Shown: positions 10,653-19,796 of the stretch, in pieces | Layout of the letters: each line of letters opens with the position of its first letter | Position numbering within the stretch: the stretch's first letter is position 1 | NCBI GenBank assembly: GCA_044229975.1 | Contig: JBGARZ010000002.1 | Coordinates: 768,001 to 832,000 of the forward strand | DNA: 64,000 bases | Source of the DNA: Polyangiales bacterium | GTDB taxonomy: Bacteria; Myxococcota_A; Polyangia; Polyangiales; Ga0077539 | Reading direction: 5' to 3' | The notes under the pieces: generated by a model | What the model was told of the DNA's origin: nothing | Database searches by the model: none | Seen by the model: the letters and a program-made list of their open reading frames with translations, nothing else | Position numbers and translations under genes: made by a program

Positions 10653-11288
10653 CTAGCGGCTGCAGCTCCAACCGCGACGCGGCGGCTGAAACGCGGGTGG
10701 GCGGACGACCGGGTGCGGCTGCGGGGGCGGGTCGAAACAACGGATGCGGCGGAACACCGTGGGTTCGTCGATCTGGAGGCCGCCGTCGTTGTTGACCGAC
10801 TGGAACTCCTGAAGCGCCGTGTCGATGACGCCGCTGAAGTTGTCGAGGTTGTAGCCCTCGGGCCGCTCGCCGCACATCACCTGGCGTACCGCCCAACGCG
10901 TGCCGTGGAAGTTGAGGCGCAGGCCATCGGCGGTGCCATCGGCCGTCTGCGTGATGACCCAGTGCCGGAGCCCAGGCATGCACGGTCCCGGCTCGCTGAC
11001 GTTGGGCGGGGTGTCCCAGGAGTACGCGTCGATCTGGCCGGTGAGGTGGTTGCCGTTGACGTGGATCTCCAGCACGAACGAGTACCAGGCCTCGTTGCCG
11101 GGATACCAACGGAGCGACTTCCAGACGCCCTCGATGGGGTTGGCGCAGCGGCTCGGGTCGGCGGGTGGAGGAAGGCGGGCGCGCTGCTCTTCGACCGTCG
11201 CGGGCGCGAGCGAGGGCAGGAGCACCAGCGCGGCGAGCAACGAGACGCTGCCGACGAGGGTGTAGCGACGACGCTGACGGGCGTTCAT
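10653..11288 (-). CDS. secreted Cys-containing hypothetical protein, paralog A
   Basis: Signal peptide ending LLPSLAPA; strong similarity to 11285-11950; ATGA overlap with that gene's stop. Confidence 0.8.
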   Translation of the reverse strand: MNARQRRRYTLVGSVSLLAALVLLPSLAPATVEEQRARLPPPADPSRCANPIEGVWKSLRWYPGNEAWYSFVLEIHVNGNHLTGQIDAYSWDTPPNVSEPGPCMPGLRHWVITQTADGTADGLRLNFHGTRWAVRQVMCGERPEGYNLDNFSGVIDTALQEFQSVNNDGGLQIDEPTVFRRIRCFDPPPQPHPVVRPPAFQPPRRGWSCSR

Positions 11289-11950
11289 CGCGAGCACCCG
11301 GAGCGACGGGGGGGATGAAAGGCGGGAGGTGCCACGACGGGGTGCGGGACGGCCGTGGGCTCGTAGCAGCGCACGCGGCGAAACACCGTGGGGTCGTTGA
11401 TGGCGCGGCCGCCGTCGTTGTTCACCGACTGGAACTCCTGGATCGCCGGGTCGATCACGCCCGTGAAGTGGTCGAGGTTGTAGCCAAACTCCCGAGAGCC
11501 GCACCACACGGTCTCCACCGCCCAACGAGTCCCCCAGAACTCGATGCGGCCGCCGTCGGAGTAGCCCTCGCCGGACATTCCAACCTGCCAGTGATGGATC
11601 CCGATCGTACACGCGGGCGCCGCCGAACCCTGTGGCCCCGCACCAAACCATGCGTGCGCCGTGATGCGCCCCACCAACGGAATACGGCCGGGCACGCCGC
11701 GCATGTTGGGCGAGGCAGCGCCGCGAGGGTCGCGCCGGAGGTCGACGGTGAAGATCATCCACTCGTCGTACGGGGCCTCGTACTTGTGCGAGACCCAGAC
11801 GCCCTCCAGCGGGTCGGCGCACACCGCGGGAGGCGGCAGGCGGGCGCGCTGCTCCTCCACGGTCGCGGGCGCGAGGGAGGGCAGGAGCACCAGCGCAGCG
11901 CCGAGGCCAACGAGGGCGCTCAAGACGCCGCGCCGACGCGAGCGAGTCAT
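11285..11950 (-). CDS. secreted Cys-containing hypothetical protein, paralog B
   Basis: Shares LVLLPSLAPATVEEQRARLPPPA, EGVW, GYNLD, QEFQSVNNDGG, PTVFRR and terminal CSR with paralog A; ATGA overlap. Confidence 0.8.
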   Translation of the reverse strand: MTRSRRRGVLSALVGLGAALVLLPSLAPATVEEQRARLPPPAVCADPLEGVWVSHKYEAPYDEWMIFTVDLRRDPRGAASPNMRGVPGRIPLVGRITAHAWFGAGPQGSAAPACTIGIHHWQVGMSGEGYSDGGRIEFWGTRWAVETVWCGSREFGYNLDHFTGVIDPAIQEFQSVNNDGGRAINDPTVFRRVRCYEPTAVPHPVVAPPAFHPPRRSGCSR

Positions 11951-13983
11951 GGGGTGACTCCGGGGCCGGCGATGTCGCGGAGCACGCCGTTCATCTGCTC
12001 GCGGGCCGCGGCGTCGTCGGTGGTGGTCGAGCCGTCGAGCGAGCGGACGTCCGTGGTCGACAGGCCCACCCGCGTCGCGAAGGCCTGCGAGTGAAACGCC
12101 AGCACCGCGCGCGACGCGAAGGTGTCGGACGACTCGTTGCGCTGGCGCGGCACCTCCGCGCACGAGAGCTGCGCTCCGAGAGGCGAGCGCAAGCAGAGCC
12201 GCAGCGCCTGGTCGGTTCCACTGACCAGCACCTCGAAGCCGCGATCGTCGGAGCGCAGCCGCGGCGAGCGTCCGAGCAGCGTGCTCACCCGCGACACCAC
12301 TTCACCCGAACCCGCGGCACGGACGTGAGCCGGCAGCGCGAGACCCAGTCGTCGGAGCGTGCCTGCGTCGCGCTGCAACGAGCGCTCGTAGTAGCCGTAC
12401 GCCGCCGAGTCGCGACCCAGCGCCCGCGCGGCTTCGGCCGCCACCGCCGCCACCCTCGCTTGGAGCAAGACCTCGGCGGACGGGAGCGCTCGCAGCGACT
12501 GCTCGGCCAGCGTGAGGGCGCGGGACTCGTCGCCCTGTGCGAGCCGCACCTCAGCCTCCAGCGCGTCGTGCAGCGGGCGGATGGCCGGGAAGGTGCGCTC
12601 TTCACGTCGCGCGTCGCGCAGCGCCACCGAGACCACGCCCGCGCCCAGCACCCGAACCAGATCGCCTACCAGCCACGACGGCACCGGCTCGATGCCACGC
12701 CGCACGTACAGCTGGAGCGTCGCTTCGAGGCGCAGTTCGTCCGTGAGCGTGTTGGTCACGCGCTCGTCATCGGGCCATGCGCCCGCCCGGGACGCGAGGC
12801 TCTGCGTGGCGCCGCTCACACGTTGCGTGAAGCCCGAGGCGCTCGCCCGCTCGGCCTCTAGTTCCGCCTGGAGTGCGCGCAGCGAGCGACGGAGGAGAGC
12901 GTGCGCGCCGAGGGCCTGCTCCTGGTCGCTCGCGACGAGGCCGCGGCGATCGGGGCGCTCGATGGCGCGGTCGATGAAGCGAAGACCCATGGCCCCTTCG
13001 CCCGCGACGAGCAGCACCGTGGCGACGGCGACGTCGGTCTCCGCGTGGTCCTGATCGCGCAGGTTGGCGGGCTGCCGAACGCGCCAGCGCTGCATCTCCC
13101 GCAGCGCGTCGACGGCCTGCACCGTGCGACCCGTGTCGAGGTAGAGCCGCGACAGCAATCGCCACGGGTTGGCGGTGGTGAACTCCAGGCGGTGCGATCC
13201 GTCGAGGAGCATCCGCTCGGCCTCGTCGTAACGGAGCACCGCGAGCGCACCGAGGGCCGCGTTGTAGGCGTGCACCGTGACGTGCGGCGCCGTGGCGGGG
13301 TTGGTGTCGGTGGCCCCCTGCGCGCGACGCTGCGCGAACTGATACGCGTCGAGGCAAGCCTGGTACTGCGGCTGGCGCGAGCGGGCGGCGCCCTCGACGG
13401 CGCACAGGGCGTTGCGACCGAGGGACTGCTGCCACGGGTCGTTCATGCGAATGGCCCGCTGAGCGAAGTCCCGCGCTTCGCGCAATCGGTCGAGGTGCAC
13501 CAGCGGCCACGCGTGCTCGGCGAGGAGATCCGGGTCGTAGAGGTAGTCGTGAAACTCCTGCACCTGGATCTGGAACTCGTACTCCTCCATCTCGCCCGCG
13601 AGCGCCTGCGTCGCGAAGAGGATGTCGCGGTGGATCTGCCACGGCGCCCCGGCGATGCGCGTGGTGCCGTAGCGGACCTCGTACACCTCGCGCGCGTGAC
13701 CGAGGTGGTACATGGCGCGCGGGAGCGACCCCTCGGCCTCGCGCAACGCGCAGCCGAGCACATAGTTGCCGACGATGGAGTCGGGGTTGTCGCGGAGGAT
13801 GGCCTCGGCCTTGGCGCGCGCGGTGACGAGGCGGTTTTCGTTGTAGAGCCGCAGCGCCTCGGCTTCGAGGGCGGCCGTCGTCGGCGGAACCTGCTGGGCC
13901 ACGCCCGCGCGCCCGCCGGACAACGCCAGCGCGCCCGCGAGCACCCACCACAGTCCCCGTCGTCGGCCGCCGGCGTGGGTCAT
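11947..13983 (-). CDS. secreted TPR-like alpha-helical protein
   Basis: N-terminal signal; Ala/Leu-rich helical repeats (AEAILRDNPDSIVGNYVLGCAL); ATGA overlaps at both ends. Confidence 0.7.
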   Translation of the reverse strand: MTHAGGRRRGLWWVLAGALALSGGRAGVAQQVPPTTAALEAEALRLYNENRLVTARAKAEAILRDNPDSIVGNYVLGCALREAEGSLPRAMYHLGHAREVYEVRYGTTRIAGAPWQIHRDILFATQALAGEMEEYEFQIQVQEFHDYLYDPDLLAEHAWPLVHLDRLREARDFAQRAIRMNDPWQQSLGRNALCAVEGAARSRQPQYQACLDAYQFAQRRAQGATDTNPATAPHVTVHAYNAALGALAVLRYDEAERMLLDGSHRLEFTTANPWRLLSRLYLDTGRTVQAVDALREMQRWRVRQPANLRDQDHAETDVAVATVLLVAGEGAMGLRFIDRAIERPDRRGLVASDQEQALGAHALLRRSLRALQAELEAERASASGFTQRVSGATQSLASRAGAWPDDERVTNTLTDELRLEATLQLYVRRGIEPVPSWLVGDLVRVLGAGVVSVALRDARREERTFPAIRPLHDALEAEVRLAQGDESRALTLAEQSLRALPSAEVLLQARVAAVAAEAARALGRDSAAYGYYERSLQRDAGTLRRLGLALPAHVRAAGSGEVVSRVSTLLGRSPRLRSDDRGFEVLVSGTDQALRLCLRSPLGAQLSCAEVPRQRNESSDTFASRAVLAFHSQAFATRVGLSTTDVRSLDGSTTTDDAAAREQMNGVLRDIAGPGVTP

Positions 13984-15017
13984 CGCTTCATCGTGCTCCG
14001 GGCGAGGCGCTCCAGCGGATCGGTGAGGCACTCGCGCAACACCGCGTCGACGTTGTCGGTGCCGGGCGCGAGCTCAAGGCGGTGGCCGAAGATGAAGGTC
14101 GACAGCGCCTCGACGTCCTCGGCGTTGACGTAGTCGCGCACCCGGGTGAGCGCGCGCGCCTGTAGCGCCGGGATCATCAGCACCAGCGATCGCGTCGAGG
14201 CCCCCTGGAGAATGCGCGGGTCGGAGCGGGTGCGGCCGGCGATGTCGACGAGGCACTCGCGCACCTCGGGGGCGACGTGGATCTGCCCCTCGACGACGTT
14301 GCGCGCGTCGACGATCTCGGTGCGCGTGACGCGGGCGAGGTCGCTCCCGGCGCCGGCGCGGCGAGCCTTGAAGCTCGCGAGCACCTCAAGCTCCGCCTCG
14401 CGATGGATGTGGTGCATCTTCACCTTGAAGAGGAAACGATCGAGCTGCGCCGAGGGGAGCGGGAACGTGCCCGCGAGGTCGAGCGGGTTCTGCGTCGCGA
14501 TGACGAAGAAGAGCTCGTCGAGCTTGCGGGTGCGGTTGTCGACGGTGGTCTGCTTCTCGGCCATCGCTTCGAGCATGGCGGACTGCACCTTCGGCGAGGT
14601 GCGGTTGATCTCGTCGGCCAGCACCACGTGCGCGAAGATGGGCCCCGCGCGGAAGAAGAACTTGTTGGTGTTGGGGTCGAAGATGGTTGTCCCGGTGACG
14701 TCGCTCGGCAGCAGGTCGGGCGTGAACTGGATGCGCCGGAAGGTCGAGATGTCGTCGTCGGGTTTGTCGTCGATGATGCAGTCGCCGAGGGCCTTGGCGA
14801 GCGTCGTCTTGCCCGACCCGGGGTAGTCCTCCAGCAGCATGTGGCCGTCGGCGAGGAGGGCGATCACCAGCAGGTCGATGACCTCGTCGCGGCCGCGCAC
14901 CGCCGTCTGAAGACGAGTGCGCAGGCGCTGCACGACGCTGTACGCACCGTTGAGGTCGGTGATGGGCGGCGCCAGCGTGTGGGTGACGTGTTCGCTCTGG
15001 ATGAAGTCGCTGTCCAT
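13980..15017 (-). CDS. moxR: MoxR-family AAA+ ATPase
   Basis: Walker A DYPGSGKT, RIQFTPDLLPSDVTG, Walker B LADEINR, ATQNP, AQLDRF. Confidence 0.95.
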   Translation of the reverse strand: MDSDFIQSEHVTHTLAPPITDLNGAYSVVQRLRTRLQTAVRGRDEVIDLLVIALLADGHMLLEDYPGSGKTTLAKALGDCIIDDKPDDDISTFRRIQFTPDLLPSDVTGTTIFDPNTNKFFFRAGPIFAHVVLADEINRTSPKVQSAMLEAMAEKQTTVDNRTRKLDELFFVIATQNPLDLAGTFPLPSAQLDRFLFKVKMHHIHREAELEVLASFKARRAGAGSDLARVTRTEIVDARNVVEGQIHVAPEVRECLVDIAGRTRSDPRILQGASTRSLVLMIPALQARALTRVRDYVNAEDVEALSTFIFGHRLELAPGTDNVDAVLRECLTDPLERLARSTMKR

Positions 15018-15044
15018 GGTGTTTCGCTCTCGTCTCCTCTGCGA

Positions 15045-17480
15045 TCAACGCGCGTCGAGCCAGGACGCCGGGTTCAACCACCCCAGCACCCGCCGCGACC
15101 GCTTCGTCCCGGTGCCCAGCTCGCGCCGCAGCGCCCGCAACCCATCGCGCCACGCCGTGCGCTTGAACGCCTCGGCGTCGGGCTCAGGTCGACCCAGTCG
15201 CGCCTCCATGTGCATCGCGGTCAGCTTGCCGAAGGTCGGCGCCACCGCCGCCACCCGCGACGCGAAGCGCTCCCGCGGCTCACCGTGCTCACGCGAGAGG
15301 CCCGCCTCGGCGAGCAGGTCGAGCGCCTTGCGGTAGCCCACGCGCGGCAGTGATCGGGCGCCGGAGAGCACCACCCGCACGCGACGCCAGAGCTTGATCG
15401 CATACAGCACACCGAGCACCACGCCGAGCACGGAGAGGAGCCCGTAGCCGAAGTCGCGGCCGTAATGGTGCTGCGGCGGCCGGTCGCGTGGGCGCGGCTG
15501 GTCGGGCACCGGCGGTTGCTGCCGAGCCATTTCGCCGAGGATGCGCTGGAGGTCGTCGTCGGTGCCCTGCCCCGGCGGGTCGAGGTTTCGCTCGGCCGCG
15601 ATGTCGAGGACGATCCAGCCGTAGCCCGTCACGTAGAGCTCGGGCCACGCGTGCGCGTCGCCGCCGCGGAGCAGCACCGTCGAGCCGCCGCGGCGGTTGC
15701 TCTCGTCGGAGTGGTAGCCCGCGCTGATGCGCGCCGGGATGCCCAGCGAGCGCCACAAGAAGACCGCGCTGTGGGCGAAGTGGACGCAGTATCCGGTGCG
15801 GTTGCCGAAGAGGAAGTCCGACGTGGGGTCGGGGACGTTCTGGCGGCGCGCGCGGGTCGAGTAGATGAGCTCGTGGTCGAGGTAGAGCTTGATCGCGAGC
15901 GCCTGCGCGAAGGGGTCGTTGCGCAGGCGCTGCGGCAGGCGCTGGTTGACCACGCGCTGGGCGAGCTCGCGGTAGCGCGGGTCGGGGTGAGTCGCGGTGA
16001 AGTACGCGCGCACCTCGGGGGACCAACGCGGGTCGCCCGCGGTGTGGCCGGTGAGCCGACGGTAGTCGACGGTCTGCGACAGCGACTCGAAGCGCCACGC
16101 CCGGCGGAAGCGCTGCGGGTTGGGGTTGGCCGCGGGCAGGTAGCGCACCGGCGACTCCAGCGCGAAGGGATGCGTGTGCTCGGCGATGGCCGCGATGAGT
16201 CCGTGCACGCGGGTGCGACCCGTGACGGCCACCTCGTCGCGGACGCGAGTGTCCATCGTCGGGAAGTCGTCGACCACGTCGCCATCGACGTCGGTGCGCG
16301 TCGTCGGCAGGAGGCGCGTCCCGTTGAACTGGCTCCACACCTCCTGGCGGAAGTAGTAGGCGCCCGACGGCGGCGAATAGTCGTCGTCGAAGACCACCAC
16401 GGCCATCGGGGCGGGAGAGTTGCTCGGTGACTGATCGTCGCTCAGCCGCTCGCTCGCCGAAGGAGGAGGCGGGCGCCCGCTGTCGGAGCCTCCGCTCGAA
16501 CCGCCGCCGTCGAGGTCGATGAGGTTGGGCATCGCCGCGTCGCCCCCGTCGCCGGCGCCGCCCACACCGCCGTCGCCGCCGTCACCGCCGCCGCTCGTTC
16601 CGCCGGCGTCGCCCCCGTCGCTGCCCTGAGCACCGCCGCCGTCCAGGCTGGCATCACTGCCACCGCCGCCGCCCTGCCCCGCATCGCCGCGACGACCGCC
16701 GCCACCACCGCCACCGTCGGGGCCGCCGTGGGGCCCATGTCCGTTGCCCGCGTCGGTCTGCCGAGGCGGCTGGCCAGGGCCCGCGTCGGTCATGCCGAGC
16801 TCGCTCATGGAATCCGGCGTGGGCGTCCCGACCACCTGCACGAGGCCCACCGCCGAGAGGGCGAGCATCACGAGCATCACCAGCGACGAGAGCGCGCGGC
16901 CCGAGCGCGTCTCCGCCACGAGCAAGACGGCGAGCAGCGTCACGGCCGCGCCACCGATGCAGAGCAGCACCTGCGCCGGGTCGATGCCCTGCTGCCACGC
17001 CCAGTCCGACAGCCAGAGCGGGCGCGCGATGACGCCCTCGCGGTGCGACGCGAACACCGACGTGAACGCCACCGTCACCAGGCCCAGCTCCAGGGCCATC
17101 ACCGTCGGCCGTCGCACCGCGGCCATGCGAAGCGCGGCGACGGAGGCGAAGGCCAGCGAGCCGAAGCGCAGCACGCTCGCCGTGACCAGCGCGTTGGCGG
17201 GCCCGGCGATCGACGCGAGGAACTCCGTTCCGACCGCGACGGACGCGACACGCCACAGCGTGAACGCGAGCAGACCGAGACCACCCAGACCCACCGCGGT
17301 GCGAACGCGTGAGCGACCCAGCAGCTCGCCCGCGACCACGCCCAGGACGGCGCCGATCATGGCGGCGGCGAGTGCCTCTCCGAGCGCGACACCCCAGCTC
17401 AACGAGAAGGCCGCGAGAGCCATCGCGAGGGCGCGGGTCGGGTGGCGCCAACCGCCGAGGACGCGTCGCAGCCGCGTCAT
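15045..17480 (-). CDS. membrane-anchored transglutaminase-like protein (TgpA-like)
   Basis: Multiple N-terminal TMs, Gly/Asp-rich linker, triad GYCVHFA / DAHAWPE / WIVLD, C-terminal TM. Confidence 0.88.
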   Translation of the reverse strand: MTRLRRVLGGWRHPTRALAMALAAFSLSWGVALGEALAAAMIGAVLGVVAGELLGRSRVRTAVGLGGLGLLAFTLWRVASVAVGTEFLASIAGPANALVTASVLRFGSLAFASVAALRMAAVRRPTVMALELGLVTVAFTSVFASHREGVIARPLWLSDWAWQQGIDPAQVLLCIGGAAVTLLAVLLVAETRSGRALSSLVMLVMLALSAVGLVQVVGTPTPDSMSELGMTDAGPGQPPRQTDAGNGHGPHGGPDGGGGGGGRRGDAGQGGGGGSDASLDGGGAQGSDGGDAGGTSGGGDGGDGGVGGAGDGGDAAMPNLIDLDGGGSSGGSDSGRPPPPSASERLSDDQSPSNSPAPMAVVVFDDDYSPPSGAYYFRQEVWSQFNGTRLLPTTRTDVDGDVVDDFPTMDTRVRDEVAVTGRTRVHGLIAAIAEHTHPFALESPVRYLPAANPNPQRFRRAWRFESLSQTVDYRRLTGHTAGDPRWSPEVRAYFTATHPDPRYRELAQRVVNQRLPQRLRNDPFAQALAIKLYLDHELIYSTRARRQNVPDPTSDFLFGNRTGYCVHFAHSAVFLWRSLGIPARISAGYHSDESNRRGGSTVLLRGGDAHAWPELYVTGYGWIVLDIAAERNLDPPGQGTDDDLQRILGEMARQQPPVPDQPRPRDRPPQHHYGRDFGYGLLSVLGVVLGVLYAIKLWRRVRVVLSGARSLPRVGYRKALDLLAEAGLSREHGEPRERFASRVAAVAPTFGKLTAMHMEARLGRPEPDAEAFKRTAWRDGLRALRRELGTGTKRSRRVLGWLNPASWLDAR

Positions 17481-18820
17481 GCAGCCTCCAGCGAGCGGTG
17501 GTGGCCGCCGGGGAAGACCTTGCCACCGACACGATCGACCAGCGTCACCGGCGCGCGGGTGGTGGCGAGCGCCCGGAGCACCGCGGCGACCTCATCGCCA
17601 GGCGCGGGCGTGACGGCGCCAGTCGAGGCAGCGGGGCGCACCTGGAAGGCGAGGCGCGACCACCAGCGGGTCTTCGGCATGGTGGTGATGCCGTCGGTGC
17701 AGACCACGAACTCCACGGGCGATTGCATCTGGTTGGGGGCTGTCCGGGCGCGCACGGTCGCGACGACGCGATCGAGCCACGGCCCCGGTCGACCGGGGAC
17801 GAAGACCACCGCGCGGGCGACACCGCCGGGCGTGGCGCGGGACAGGAAGTCCGACAGCCCCGAGCCCCCCTGTGGGTACGGCGTGAGGGCCGAGCGCGAG
17901 AGCACTTCGAGGGCCTGCGTCGGGGTCTTCGCGTAGGCGTCGTTGCCATCCGCACCGAGCACCCACTCCGAGCCGAGCGCGCCCGTGTCGACGGCCACCC
18001 GAGCGGCCCCGGCAGCGGGCTCGTCGCCTTCGCCGGTCACCAGATACGCGACGGTCTGACGGGTCGGCGCGATGGCGCGCTCGGGCGTTCGGACGACGAG
18101 CTGACGAGAGCGGGCGAAGACCTTCCAGAGCACGAACTTGATGGGGTCGCCGGGCGCGTAGTGGCGAAGGTCGACGCGCTCGCCGTCGGGCGGACCCGCC
18201 GGGTGCGAGATCTCGTCGCCGCCCGCGATGGAGCGCACCACACGCATGGTGCGGAGCGCGCCCATCGAGGGGACGAAGCGCACGACGCGGGTCTCGCGGA
18301 GGGTGAAGGTCACACCGGTGAGACCGAATGCGTCGCTCACCTCGATGCGGCGGACGATCTCTTCGTGCAAACCACGACGCAACGGCGTGACCTCCTCGTG
18401 CAGGCGCCGCTTCAGCGCGACCAATCGGACAGACGCCTCGGGGGACTCCCAGTTCCAGCGGACGCGCACGAAGGGGACGAACCAGAGGTTGGAGAGCGAG
18501 AAACCCGTGCGCGCGGCGTAACCGCACTCGAGCTTGAGCGACTCCTCCTCGCGGCGATGGCGGCCCTGGTACCAGAGCACGATGGCGGTGATGGCCGTCG
18601 TGAGGGTCGCGACCACCCCGAGCGCGAGACCCACCGCCCCGACCACGAGCAACAACAGGTCGATGCGCCGGATGCCGTAGCGAACCATCGCCCACCCGGA
18701 GGCTGCAATCAGGACCAGACCGAGGCCCGTCAGGGGGAAGGCTTCCCTCGCCCGACGCACCAGGGCAGACCCGCGACGGAGGAGCGGCAGCAGGCGTTGT
18801 CGGAGTGGGGCAGGCGGCAT
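17477..18820 (-). CDS. DUF58 family protein
   Basis: Two N-terminal TMs, VSDAFGL, LRHYAPGDPIKFVLWKVFARSRQLVVR; MoxR context. Confidence 0.88.
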   Translation of the reverse strand: MPPAPLRQRLLPLLRRGSALVRRAREAFPLTGLGLVLIAASGWAMVRYGIRRIDLLLLVVGAVGLALGVVATLTTAITAIVLWYQGRHRREEESLKLECGYAARTGFSLSNLWFVPFVRVRWNWESPEASVRLVALKRRLHEEVTPLRRGLHEEIVRRIEVSDAFGLTGVTFTLRETRVVRFVPSMGALRTMRVVRSIAGGDEISHPAGPPDGERVDLRHYAPGDPIKFVLWKVFARSRQLVVRTPERAIAPTRQTVAYLVTGEGDEPAAGAARVAVDTGALGSEWVLGADGNDAYAKTPTQALEVLSRSALTPYPQGGSGLSDFLSRATPGGVARAVVFVPGRPGPWLDRVVATVRARTAPNQMQSPVEFVVCTDGITTMPKTRWWSRLAFQVRPAASTGAVTPAPGDEVAAVLRALATTRAPVTLVDRVGGKVFPGGHHRSLEAA

Positions 18821-18927
18821 CGGATCGGCGGTGCTGAGCGGGTCGGGTCGCGCAGCATGGCACAGCAACCCGCGAGTCGGGGAGGATGATCCGGCCGCGC
18901 GGATTGTGCCCGGAGCGCGGGGACGAT

Positions 18928-19461
18928 TCAGTCGAGGGCGGCCAGCGCGGCGTGCCAGCTCGCGGCGTCGGACTCGTGCAGCGCCACGTCCAGCGGCTGA
19001 GCTGACCCCTCCGACGGAGCTTCGAAGCGGGAGATCGCGAGCAGCGGGACGCGACCGAGCGCCGGGTTGGTGCGGATGGCGCGAGCGAGCGCGTCGGGGT
19101 TGAGCCCCACCATGGCGAGGTCGAGCACCAGGGCCGCGGGGGCACACGCACCGAGCGCCAGCAGCGCGTCGTAGAGATCTTGATGGGGCGTGAGGCTCCA
19201 GCCGTGCGGGAGGGACTCGGCAAAGCGACGGTGCAGGTCGGCGCGCTCAGTGAGGAGAACGACGCGACGGGGTTCGGTCGGGGTTGCGAGCGCGTCGGCG
19301 AGGGTGATGCCGCGAGAGCCCAGGAAGGCTGCCGCGTCGGCGAGGGCGATGCGAACGCTCCGGCCCACGGTGCGCGAGACCCTGATCTCCCCGCGGCGTA
19401 CGGCCTGGAGCACGGTGGTCTTGTGGAGCCCGGCGAGGCGGGCGAGCTCGCCGGCGTGCAT
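18928..19461 (-). CDS. excisionase/MerR-like HTH fused to an atypical receiver-like domain
   Basis: AGELARLAGLHKTTVLQAVRRGEIRVSRTVGRSVRI followed by PAALVLDLAMVGLN…VPLLAIS. Confidence 0.72.
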   Translation of the reverse strand: MHAGELARLAGLHKTTVLQAVRRGEIRVSRTVGRSVRIALADAAAFLGSRGITLADALATPTEPRRVVLLTERADLHRRFAESLPHGWSLTPHQDLYDALLALGACAPAALVLDLAMVGLNPDALARAIRTNPALGRVPLLAISRFEAPSEGSAQPLDVALHESDAASWHAALAALD

Positions 19462-19621
19462 GAGCTTCGGGACAGCCGCGGTCACGGTACGTTCGGCCTT
19501 GCGCGCCCGCGGTCCAGTCACGGCCCGAGACGATAGCCGCTTGGGCGGGGAATGCGGGAGCACAGTCGGGATGCGCCGGAAAGTTGTCTGCCCGACCGCG
19601 AGGGGCCCATGGGAGAAACCC

Positions 19622-19702
19622 ATGGGACTGGTCGTCGTTGCGCTCGTCATCGGCCTCGTCGCGTCGGACCTGCTCGGCCTCATCGGGCGCATCCGAAGCT
19701 GA
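19622..19702 (+). CDS. candidate 26-aa hydrophobic small protein
   Basis: GGGAG six nt before ATG; MGLVVVALVIGLVASDLLGLIGRIRS; mostly G/C-ending codons; upstream of the ECF sigma gene. Confidence 0.45.
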   Translation: MGLVVVALVIGLVASDLLGLIGRIRS

Positions 19703-19796
19703 TCGGGGAGTTCCCTCCGGGGCCCGGATGGAAGACCATGCGGTGCTCCCATGAATGCTCCCGGCGTGTCGTGCATCCATCGCCTCGAACCCCCCG

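Noticed and set aside
16480..16740. GCC-rich periodic DNA as a possible repeat array or CRISPR
   Set aside because: It encodes the Gly-rich linker of the transglutaminase; no constant repeat with unique spacers and no cas genes.
18858..18875. TGGCAC resembling a sigma-54 -24 box
   Set aside because: No TTGC at the -12 position and it points away from the adjacent operon.
18928..19461. Excisionase-like HTH as a sign of a prophage or integrative element
   Set aside because: No integrase, att-like repeats or phage genes nearby; it is fused to a receiver-like domain.
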